A DNA stretch of 62,557 nt, the filler included, from Bonamia ostreae (lineage: Eukaryota), in NCBI GenBank assembly GCA_040357525.1. It is 30 parts of 30 records of this genome, joined end to end, with 100 filler letters (N's around TTAATTAATTAA, not from the genome) between each part and the next. Parts side by side here need not be neighbours in the genome. Positions count along the whole stretch, not along the records: positions 12,591 to 14,587 come from JBDODL010001140.1; positions 14,688 to 16,684 come from JBDODL010001141.1; positions 16,785 to 18,781 come from JBDODL010001142.1; positions 18,882 to 20,877 come from JBDODL010001143.1; positions 20,978 to 22,971 come from JBDODL010001144.1; 25 more parts are not named here. One strand, given 5' to 3'. Within the stretch, counting starts at the first letter, position 1; each line of letters begins with the position of its first letter. Positions 12,591 through 22,217 of the stretch are shown here, in pieces. Both the position numbers and the translations under genes were made by a program. The notes beneath the pieces are model-generated. The model worked only from the letters and a program-made list of their open reading frames with translations, had not been told where the DNA came from and ran no database searches.

Positions 12591-13619
12591 CCACAAACGA
12601 ACTTTTGACGCAATTAGACGGTTTCAAAGAAAACGACAAAATCGTCGTCATCGGATCGACCAACATGTTCAAAATTTTACTTTTTAAGGCGACAAATGAT
12701 CGACAAAACTCTCCTCCGCTCTGGCCGCTTCGACCGCTCCGTCTACGTCCCCCTCCCCGAACTCAAAGCACGCAAACAAATGCTCCACCTCTACTCAGCA
12801 GGAGTCCAAACCGATGAATCCGTCGACTTTGACAGAATCGCCATCGACTGCGTCCTCAGCTCCGGAGCAGACATCGCGAACATTGTCAACACCGCCAAAA
12901 TCTCCGCCGCCAAGAACGACCGCACCGTTCTCTCCGCCAAAGACTTCGAAGCAGCCGTGCTCGACGTTTCCAACGGCGTGGAACGACAATCGCTTCAACT
13001 TGGTGCGCCGGCGCGGCGTGCGCTCGCCATCAGCGAATCCGCTTGCGCTCTCGTTTCACTGCTAACAAAGTCCTCCTCACGCGAACTGAGGCGCATTTCC
13101 ATCGTCCCGCGTGGCCTCGAGCTCAGCTCCTCGCGCAGCGTGCCTTCTAGCGAAGACGCGATGGTCTCTCAGAGCGTGGAGCAGTTGTTGGCGCGGATCG
13201 ACGCCGACATCGCGGGGCAGATCGGGCAGGAGCTGCTGCTGGGGAAAAGTCGGATCATGTCGGATTCGAAGACGCGTTGCGAGCGGGCGACCAAGTTGGC
13301 GCGTTCGATGAGCGCGGAGCTGGGGATGGGGAAGCGTCTCGGCTTTGCGGCGAGCATGTTCGCCAACGAGAACGTTGATTGGCGGACGCCATATTTGCCA
13401 GCGCAGACTCGGAGCGCGATCGATGAGGATGCGGTGGAGAGATTGAAAGAGGCGGAGGAGCGAGTCTTAAGATTGCTGAGGAGGAACAAGTCTCGTCTGC
13501 TGGCGTTGAGCGAGGAGTTGTTGGTGAGGGAGAGTTTGGGGAGGAAGGAGATTGAGAGAGTTGTTGAAGAGGTGCCCGAAGATGATTTTGAGGTGAAGAC
13601 GACAAATAAAATTGATTAA
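12591..13619 (+). CDS. FtsH/YME1-family AAA ATPase with degenerate M41 peptidase domain, 5' truncated
   Basis: NELLTQLDGF...IVVIGSTN and SRH LLRSGRFDR joined by a 22-nt intron 12667-12688; SGADIANIVN lid; ISIVPRG. HEXXH is replaced by SESAC. Confidence 0.9.
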
Positions 13620-13670
13620 AAATTTGGCTTTTTTATTTTTAGTGGTTAATTTTAAATTTAGCTTTTTTTA

Positions 13671-14144
13671 ATGTGTCTGCACATTCATTTTCGAGTTTTT
13701 GGGAAGGTTCAAAGTTTTTTGGTCAAATAGTTTCTTCAAAAGTTTGTAAAAAAATTGAATTTTTAAATTTGCAAAAAAAGGCAATTTGTAATTTTTTTAA
13801 AGAAGTGTTTTTTCGAAAATCGACTGTTGAAAAAGCGCGTTCATTGGAGATCGTCGGTTACGTTCGGAATTTGAAAGATGGATCGGTGCAAGGAGAAGCT
13901 TTCGGAAAAGAAAATGAAATTTCGATTTTGTTTTTTAAAAAATTGATTTTAAAATTTCGGAAAATGATTTTTTTAATCAATTTCAAAAAGTAAAAATTGG
14001 TTAGAAAACGAAGGTTCGCCCGATTCAAAAATTGAAAGAGTTTGTTACGAGTTTTGTCGAAAAGTTGATGGAAAGTACAAATTTGACCAATTCTATTTAA
14101 GAAAAATAAATGGCCAAGGTCAAATAAGAGATATTGTTGTGTAA
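13671..14144 (+). CDS. ACYP: Acylphosphatase, 3 exons, complete
   Basis: Spliced (13714-13802, 13930-13990): MCLHIHFRVFGKVQKVFFRKSTVEKARSLEIVGYVRNLKDGSVQGEAFG...WLENEGSPDSKIERV; catalytic Arg and Asn present. Confidence 0.9.
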
Positions 14145-14419
14145 ATGGAAAATTTGAAATTTTTTTGTTAATAAAATCATCTTTTGCGAGAACTGCTTTT
14201 TTCGAAGATTTATTGTCTTATTTATCTAAAAAATTTGATCTAAAAACATTTTTATCTAATTTAATGTTTTTAAATTGTTAAATCATTTTTTACAATTTTA
14301 TGTTTTTTAATCTAAAAATTTTTAAAATCTGTTTTTGCAAAATTTTCTAAAATAAATTTAAAATCGCAATCTGAAAAAAATTAAAAAATTGTAAAAATTT
14401 GAAAAAAATCGCAATCTGT

Positions 14420-14587
14420 TTATACAAAATCACTTATATTTAAAGAGACTTTGCCAAATTTGTTTCTATGCTCTTTTTGCTTGTCATTCGACTTTTTCTC
14501 GTCATTTTTTCCTGTCAAATTTTTTCCAAAAATCGACTTTTTCTCGTCATTTTTTCCTGTCAAATTTTTTCCAAAAATCGACTTTTT
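14420..14587 (-). CDS. Possible 3' end of an unknown gene with a 14-aa (42-bp) tandem repeat
   Basis: Open frame KKSIFGKNLTGKNDE KKSIFGKNLTGKNDE KKSNDKQKEHRNKFGKVSLNISDFV*; repeat length is a multiple of 3. Confidence 0.4.
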   Translation of the reverse strand, partial: KKSIFGKNLTGKNDEKKSIFGKNLTGKNDEKKSNDKQKEHRNKFGKVSLNISDFV

Positions 14588-14918
14588 NNNNNNNNNNNNN
14601 NNNNNNNNNNNNNNNNNNNNNNNNNNNNNNNTTAATTAATTAANNNNNNNNNNNNNNNNNNNNNNNNNNNNNNNNNNNNNNNNNNNNGATTTTTGAATAA
14701 ATTTTTTTATTGATTTTTTTATGGAAGAAATTTTTATCGAATAAATTATTTATCGATTTTAAAATAAAATTTTAAAGAAATTATTTTATTTGTTTTTATA
14801 GAAATTTTTTATCGGAAAATTTTTTGTCGATTTTAACAATAGTTTTTTATCGATTTTTTACAATAATTTTCCGACAATTTTTTACAAAACCAACAATTTC
14901 GCTATAAAAATCAAAACC

Positions 14919-15633
14919 CTTTTTTAAGAGCTTTGAAAATATCCCATTCGTTTCTCACAATAATCTGTTCAAGATTCTGAACGCTAATCGCGTTTTTTCC
15001 ATCATCGAAAATCCGCAAGTGCTTTTCTTCGTCGGATAATAAATCGATCAATTCTTCGTTGTAAAGTTCCAGAAAAGACACTCGAATCGAGTGCTCTATT
15101 TTCTTCGATTTTAGTTCTCCGTAAATTGATTTCACGGCACGAGGGATTATCCCGGCGTTTCTTCCAAGTAATTCATTCGCTAAATTTAAAAAAATTACAA
15201 TTTAATGCCAAATTATAATCGATTTCTCCTTCGATTGTAAATGTCTTTCCGGTGCCAGTTTGGCCGTAAGCAAAAATTGTACAGTTGAATCCTTCGATCA
15301 CTTCTCTTATTATCGGTGTCACAGTTTTTTCAAACAACTTTAAAAAATTTTTGATTTTGATAAGAAAAGAAAATTTTGATTTTGAGAAGAAAAATTGTTT
15401 TTTTTCGATTTTAAGGTGAAAACGTATTCTTGTTCTGTAAATTCGTCGTAAACGCGATCAAAATTAAATTTTTTGACAGTGGAACTAAGACTGATTCTTT
15501 TTTCAATTTGATTAATTGTAATTTCCTTTTCGTTATTTTGGAGTTTTAAGCTTTTGGACTTTAATCTTTCAAATTGCATTTCAGGTCTTATTCTTACAAC
15601 AACATTAACATTGTGTTGTATTTTGTTCTTCAT
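14919..15633 (-). CDS. KIF11: Kinesin-5 (BimC/Eg5) motor domain, 3' truncated
   Basis: [40 protein letters not shown] (P-loop), [23 protein letters not shown]; introns 15338-15423 and 15180-15198. Confidence 0.9.
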
Positions 15634-15728
15634 TGTGCAGTGATTATAACAGTTTGCAAGCCGGACTTTCAAATTATATTAGGAATTTTATGTTTTAAAG
15701 CTGTTTATACAAAAGCTAAAATATTGAA

Positions 15729-16684
15729 ATGGCTTCTGAAAATAAAAATAAAGTTGAATTGGAAAATTCCACGTTGGAGAAAATGCTGTTGAAGACCAAA
15801 TTTGATAAAATTGAAAATTTGATCAAGATTCGCCAAAATAGTCTAAATTTTAAATTTTAGAACACAATTCGATGTTGCACGATAAATATAATTTTTGGGA
15901 AGAAAAGATTAAAGAAATAATCGAAAACTTTGAAAATGTAAAAAATAAAATAAAACTAGAACAAACTGCGATTCTCAAAATAAAAGTTGTTATAGCCAAA
16001 ATTTAGGGAATGCTGTCTAAAGCAGAAGAGCAAAATAAAAAATTAAAACATTTAAAAAATAATATTCCGGACGATTTTTCTGATATTAAACAAAAAGTCA
16101 TTAAAGTTTTTAATGTTCAAATTTTCGTAGAAAAAAGCTTTAAAATCGGATAAAAAGTCCAAAATGTCTAAAAATTCCGCGCCAATTAAAGAACCGAATC
16201 CGACAATTAAAGAAACTGCTAATTTTAAAATACAAAAAATTAATGAAGAAGAATTTAAAAAAGTGCCAAAGTTTTCAATTAAAAAAATTGTTTTCGCAAA
16301 AATTTTTTCTATTTTATAAAATTGTTTTCGCAAATAAAAATCTTTTCAATTTTTGAACTGGAAAAGTTATATGAGAAGCAATTTAACAATGGAAAGGATT
16401 AATAATGCGATAACTGAAGCAGAAGAAACTTTATCACGAAAATACAATCTGCTTCAATGCTCTGAAAAGAAACTTGGAAAAAGAGAAATAACTGTAAGAA
16501 AAAGCTATTTGGAGCAAGAAAACAAGGACACAAAAGGTCATCGCTTCTTCATGGGAAGCGACTTAAAAAACGCTGTTTATTTAAGCGTCACATCTTCATC
16601 CGGTTAATTTTGCAATAATTTTGTTTTCCAGGAATAAGCTTTAAAACATTAATATATGGATAATCACTATAAATGAAAAAGCTT
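15729..16684 (+). CDS. SKA1: Spindle and kinetochore-associated protein 1, multi-exon, 3' end uncertain
   Basis: Spliced INEEEFKKVPNYMRSNLTMERINNAI...KYNLL...EQENKDTKGHRFFMGSDLK matches the recalled SKA1 microtubule-binding domain (EF..VP.YMK.RLT...IN...KY..L...ETKDTKG..F..E.DIK); N-terminal coiled coil; 20-nt intron 15841-15860. Confidence 0.8.
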
Positions 16685-16784
16685 NNNNNNNNNNNNNNNN
16701 NNNNNNNNNNNNNNNNNNNNNNNNNNNNTTAATTAATTAANNNNNNNNNNNNNNNNNNNNNNNNNNNNNNNNNNNNNNNNNNNN

Positions 16785-17481
16785 ATTGTTTTGTTACGCG
16801 CTTAGTCAAATCTGTGATGTTTTCGATGGAATGGCTGCACGAAATTTTTCTCAGTGTTTTTAAACATTTTTTGATTAAGATGATTTGATTAAACAGAATT
16901 AAAATTGCAATCAATTATGTGTAAAGGCTCTCGGTTTGGAGCTGTTTTGGATATGTTAACTGATCGCATATCAAATCTCGTTTTGTATTTTGCGCTGTCC
17001 GAATTTACTCCTGTTTTTATGTTTTCTGTAGCTGCGATCGATATCGCTAGTCATTGGATTCAAATGTACAGGTTAGACATAACTTGGTAACTTAAAATCA
17101 TCAATTTTTTGCTGTTTTAGATATTTTCCAATTTTTATAATATTTTCCGATCTATTGCATTTTTGTTTTTATTTACTTTATTTGCAAAAAAGCAAATTGC
17201 TGCACGGCCAAGCAACTCACAAACAAGCAAGAAATATTGTACTATCCCTTTATTACAAAAAACGTCTTTTGATGGGATTTCTCTGTGTTGGCGCTGAAGT
17301 GCACATGATTTCTAAACTGATTTTTTTAAAAACAGATTCCAAAAATTTGGCATTTGTCGCTAATTTTTTGTCTAATTTAACATTTATTGTTTTTATAGCA
17401 AAAACGTTTGTTAATTTGATACAGTTGATAGAAAGTTGTTCAGATATTGCTGAATTTGATCGAAAAGATAACAAGCAATAA
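16785..17481 (+). CDS. CDIPT: Phosphatidylinositol synthase, 5' truncated
   Basis: CDP-alcohol phosphotransferase motif DVFDGMAAR..QCSRFGAVLDMLTDR across intron 16856-16926; DIASHWIQMY. Confidence 0.9.
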
Positions 17482-17536
17482 ATTTTGGATGATTTTTGTA
17501 ATTTTAACAAAAAATGATGAACTTACACAAAAAATG

Positions 17537-18757
17537 TTATAGAATATTTATTGTCTGAGAAGAAACTAAAAAATTTTCTTTGAATGTCAAAATTGTTGCA
17601 AATCGACCACTGCCACAGCAAACAACAGATTTTGCCATTTTTGATTCATTTTCAAATCTTTTTTCATCACATTCGACAAATTTGTAAATCGCATCCGCAT
17701 CTTTGCAATCATAAATTTTCATCAAATCAGTTTCTACCATTTTCCAATAATATATTTCCCCCTTTTCTGTGCCCAAAATTATCTAATTGCAAAAATTGGA
17801 ATCAAAACATTGGAATCAATGAATTTTAGAGATGTTATCAAATTTTTCAGGTAGTTTGCTTTAACCAGAACTCGAGTTTTTGTGTGATATAATTGGATTG
17901 TTGAATTTGTACTTGATATAGCGACATATTCACCATTGTTGTCTATGTCCAAAGCTAAGATTTCTGATTCAAAAGAAGGCGTGTCTGTAACTACACCACT
18001 TGCCGAATCAATTCCGAAAATGTTTTTTTTGCTTTTGGTGTCTAAAAATTTTTATATTCAACCCCAAAATTTGAGCAAGCCGTCTAAACTCCCGCTAACC
18101 AAAACCGACGAATTTTCATGAACAAAATATTTTAATTGTAAAATATAATTAAAGTGCCCTGTTAAACTGTGAATTATCCTGTTTTCGTTCAAATCGTAAA
18201 TTTTGATGGCGTTTGAACCATCTGCTATGTACATTAAATGTTCCTTTATATATTTTTGAAAATAATTGAACATTTTCGTTTAAGGCAAAATCATTTATTT
18301 CAAACGGTTGAAAAATGTCGATTGTTTTTATTGGTCTAATGGAATTTTTTTGATTTTCATTTAAAGACTTGGCCATTGCTTTTAAATCGAATATTAGCAA
18401 TGATTTATCAGTGCCACTTTTTTAGATTTATATTTTTAATAAATGTTGAAATTTGGCACAAATAATTGTTGTAACTTTAAAATGAAAAGCCATATTTAAA
18501 AACGCGAAAAGACTGTTTAACTGAGTGCTAACCGTCAAACAGCGGACAGTCTCGTTGACGGATATTTTAAGAATCCTCTGCATGGTTAAATCGTCATCAT
18601 TTTTAGATAAAGAGAAAATTTGTATTTCTGATTCCTTTCTGTCTCCTCCAAAAATCAAAAATTTCTTTTTATTCAAAGTGACAGTGCAAATACAGAAAAC
18701 GGTGTTTTGATTAGAGTAGTTTATAGCATTCAAATTTTTGTAATGAGCTTTAAACAT
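17537..18757 (-). CDS. WD40-repeat protein, THOC6-like, multi-exon
   Basis: FEINDFALNENEHLMYIADG...YDL...SLTGHFNYI...VSGSLDGLLKFWD after removing introns 18244-18271 and 18042-18062; resembles the THO complex subunit 6 block by recall. Confidence 0.6.
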
Positions 18758-18895
18758 TTTGATGAAATTTAATGCTTTTTANNNNNNNNNNNNNNNNNNN
18801 NNNNNNNNNNNNNNNNNNNNNNNNNTTAATTAATTAANNNNNNNNNNNNNNNNNNNNNNNNNNNNNNNNNNNNNNNNNNNNGATAAAAGCGCTTT

Positions 18896-20395
18896 TCAAA
18901 TAAAATTTGCAAAACCGTCGCACTCTAAAATAATTTTCTTATTCTCCTTTTTAAGTCTGTCCGTTTCAACATCCGCCGTTTTTCGTAATTCTGCAAAACG
19001 TTTTATTTCTTTCTCAGACTTTCTGCAAAACTCGTCCATTTTTTCAACTTTGACATTCGCTTTTTTCTTTTCATTTTCAACTTCGCCGATTTTCCTTTTC
19101 AACACAACGTTTTCCATTTCTAATTTTTTTCTGTTCTTCTTTTCGTTATTTAGCGCTTCATTTATTTTGGCGATTTTGTCTTCGTTTTCTATATTGGTCT
19201 CTTCCAGTTCGTTTTTGATGTTGAGGAAATCGAACGATTTTTCTTTTTCGATTTTAATTCTTTCCTCCATTTTTTTCAAATCGATTTCTTTCTTGTCCAA
19301 ATCCATTTTCGTTTCATCGCTTTTTTTCGAAATGGCCGCCATTTTTTCTTCAAAAACTTTTCTTTCTTTTTCCAAATTTTCTTCGATTTGTGTTTTGGTT
19401 TCCGCCATTTTTGCGCGTTCCAACTCAAATTTTTTCAATTTTAATTCGGTTTCTCTAAATTCGGTCTCCATTTTTTTGATTTTCGAAATCAGTTTTTTTT
19501 CGATTTTCGACTTTTGGTCGATTAGATTTGTGCTCGTGTCCGTAACGCGTTTGAGCTCATCTGAAAATCTATCGACGCGATTTTGAAGTTCTTCGTTTTC
19601 TGTTTTGTATTTGCTCTCGTTTTTCGATGCGATTTTCGCTTCATTTTTAGATTTTTCATATAATCTGATCAAGTCCGAAAACTTTTCCTTTTGTTCGGAG
19701 ATTTCTTTTTCGGAGTTTGAGCATTTCAAAGATAGATTTTTTATTTGATTTTGGAGATTTTCGTTCTTTTTGGATAAAATTTCATTTTGTTCGTTTTTCG
19801 CCAATTTTTCCGAAATGTCGTTCGCCAATTTTTTTATTTTTTCTAATTCTTTCTGATCAAGAATATCATCGTCGTCGCCAAAGATATCGTTGGGACCACC
19901 AAAATCTTCTTTTTCGCCCAAAAACTTTTTTTCGCCGGAAATGGCTTCGGCGATTTTTTTGAGCAATTTTTCAAAAATTTGCGTTTTGTCGCTCAAATTT
20001 TTGTTTTCGGAATTCGGCAAAAAACCGTTTTTTGAGTTCAGAAAAGCAACGTCTTCCGATGGAATCGGCTTCTTGCACTGCGGACAAATCATGTCGCTTT
20101 GGTTTGAAGAGTATCGGTGGTAACAAGAAATGTGGCAATGGTTGTAACAACAGAAAACTCTTTTAAAATCGGGAGAATCAAAGTCGATTTTTTTGTTGCA
20201 AATGGCGCATTCCGGCGGATACTTGTAATCTGGATTTTCTCCCGATTCGCTTAGAACACACTTTTTCGTTATTGCCATTTTTTCGAAAACCTGTTTGTGG
20301 TATATTTCGAGACAAGGCGGTGTTTTGCACACAAATCTGTCTTCAGTGCAACAGTAAATTTCTAGTTTCCCTGAGCAAGTTTCGCAATCGTCCAT
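18896..20395 (-). CDS. Cys-rich/RING-finger plus long coiled-coil protein, probably 3' truncated
   Basis: N-terminal CxxC..CC..C..C..H cluster, RING-like CAIC...CCYNHCHISC...CPQC, then ~300 aa E/K heptad-rich region. Confidence 0.75.
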   Translation of the reverse strand: MDDCETCSGKLEIYCCTEDRFVCKTPPCLEIYHKQVFEKMAITKKCVLSESGENPDYKYPPECAICNKKIDFDSPDFKRVFCCYNHCHISCYHRYSSNQSDMICPQCKKPIPSEDVAFLNSKNGFLPNSENKNLSDKTQIFEKLLKKIAEAISGEKKFLGEKEDFGGPNDIFGDDDDILDQKELEKIKKLANDISEKLAKNEQNEILSKKNENLQNQIKNLSLKCSNSEKEISEQKEKFSDLIRLYEKSKNEAKIASKNESKYKTENEELQNRVDRFSDELKRVTDTSTNLIDQKSKIEKKLISKIKKMETEFRETELKLKKFELERAKMAETKTQIEENLEKERKVFEEKMAAISKKSDETKMDLDKKEIDLKKMEERIKIEKEKSFDFLNIKNELEETNIENEDKIAKINEALNNEKKNRKKLEMENVVLKRKIGEVENEKKKANVKVEKMDEFCRKSEKEIKRFAELRKTADVETDRLKKENKKIILECDGFANFI

Positions 20396-20567
20396 AAAGT
20401 GTGAGCTTAAATTTTTTTAATAGGGTTTGAAATAATTGTTATGTGTATTTATATCGGAACGTGCTAATAAAGGTGTTGGCTAAATATTTTGTTAGCGCAT
20501 CGCGTTAATATAAATTGCGAGGAGAACTAAAAAAGCAAACTTAGCTTTCGACAAAACTTTCTGGTCG

Positions 20568-20838
20568 ATGTTGTTCTGTCCAACATGCTCGAACATGTTG
20601 TTGTTAGAGCTTTTCAGCGAAAAGTTGAACCAATTTTAAATATGATAAAAAAGACAAAACCCCGAAAAGTTGATCCGGACTTTCTCAAAGCCGTTTTACC
20701 GTTATTTTTGCCAGACATGCGCTTATGTCTGCAAAATAGACAAACCGGTTATATTTGAAGTCCCGTTAAAGAAGAAATCGGTCGATGATGTTTTGGGCGG
20801 AAAAGATGCGTGGAAAAACGCCCAACAAGCACTTCAAG
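20568..20838 (+). CDS. POLR3K: RNA polymerase III subunit RPC11, 3' truncated
   Basis: MLFCPTCSNMLLLE...YFCQTCAY...KKSVDDVLGGKDAWKN; 30-nt intron 20624-20653. Confidence 0.92.
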
Positions 20839-20977
20839 GTTTTATCCAGCTCCAAATTTAGCAATTTTTTTGTTTTANNNNNNNNNNNNNNNNNNNNNNN
20901 NNNNNNNNNNNNNNNNNNNNNTTAATTAATTAANNNNNNNNNNNNNNNNNNNNNNNNNNNNNNNNNNNNNNNNNNNN

Positions 20978-21538
20978 CTAAGAGGTGTTAACAGGGGTAG
21001 TTTTATTACTGTGAGAAGTGTGCACAACACCAGAATAGAGATACTTTGGCGAGATTTATTTGAAGGAGTGTTATGCATATTCTACAACCTCTTTCATAGT
21101 TTAGAAAATGAAGATCTCTTAGATCCTGCAGATGAGATTGATATAGGTTGTTTGCATCTTGTTTTTCTGCCAAAAATAAACAAAATGTTGGAATTACTCC
21201 AAAACATGTGGAACAATCACAAGTTACGAACAGAGAGAAACAGATCACCTCTTCAATTGTTCATGATGGGATTACAAACTGTTGGTAACACTACCATATT
21301 GGGAAAAGAATACTTCGAAAACTTTGATGAAATTTCAGCTTCATCCTATGATATTGATGGAGAGGAAGAAAATGACCAACTTGACGAAGAAGAAGAGAAT
21401 ATTGTAGTTCCTCCAACACTTCATGATCAGCAACAATTTCAAGAAATATTGAATAGTATAAATACTGAAGATGTAGGATTGTGGAACGAGGAAGTGTACA
21501 TATCATTAAGAAACCACGTAAAAAGTACTTTGTCATGA
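20978..21538 (+). mobile_element. C-terminal part of a DDE integrase-core protein of the eukaryotic IS481/IS3-like type (host-type DNA)
   Basis: RGSFITVRSVHNTRIEILWRD (family motif G-x-S-V-H-N-x-R-I-E-R-L-W-R-D), LHLVFLP, WNNHKLRTERNRSPLQLF; intronless. Confidence 0.7.
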
Positions 21539-22108
21539 AAACTATATTCATGTACCAGTTACATGTATTTAGATTCATTTTAGGATGCATCATAAATATG
21601 TGTACATGTAGCATTTGTAGTCTTATAAAAAAAAATCATATTGTTACTTTATACATGGAAATTTTCGCCATTATCACAAGTTGTCCAAATAAAAACGGGG
21701 CGAATTCAATGGAAACTGCATATTGTCTTTAAATTGCAACTGTGATTGGGCAAATTTAAAATGGAGCAAAATTGTTCTAAAAGTGTGAAAGGGCAAAAAT
21801 AACATGGAATGAGCATTTAATTCTTCAACATACAGCTGAACTTATGCATCTTGAACACTGATATCTCAAATACCATGGGTACATGCATGTCAAAGTGATT
21901 TGGAAATCTCAGACAATTTTAAAATATTTTACCCTCCACATTTTGAACCACTGGATACCGGAAAATTTTCTCTTGGTCCCATCAAGTTTGAGATAATGAG
22001 GTTCATATACCTATAACTCCATGATTCTTGCACCAAAAAATGATACATTAACAGTAAATTGACTAAACACTGTTTGAATGGATTTTGCTCAATAACAGTC
22101 AATAAATG

Positions 22109-22217
22109 TCACTCTGTGGTCTAACATGAACTATTTTTGGACTAAATTAAAAAAAAGTCGAACATTTCCAATGTTTTACTGAGCAGTCAAAAAAGTTTAT
22201 GTTAGACCACAGAGTGA
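22109..22217. repeat. ~33-bp inverted repeat with ~40-bp spacer
   Basis: tcactctgtggtctaacatgaactatttttggact ... agtcaaaaaagtttatgttagaccacagagtga. Confidence 0.85.

Noticed and set aside
12605-12817. Programmed frameshifting, stop readthrough or an alternative genetic code to explain broken conserved ORFs
   Set aside because: The breaks I worked through are resolved by GT-AG introns that restore frame and motif, and long exons translate with the standard code.
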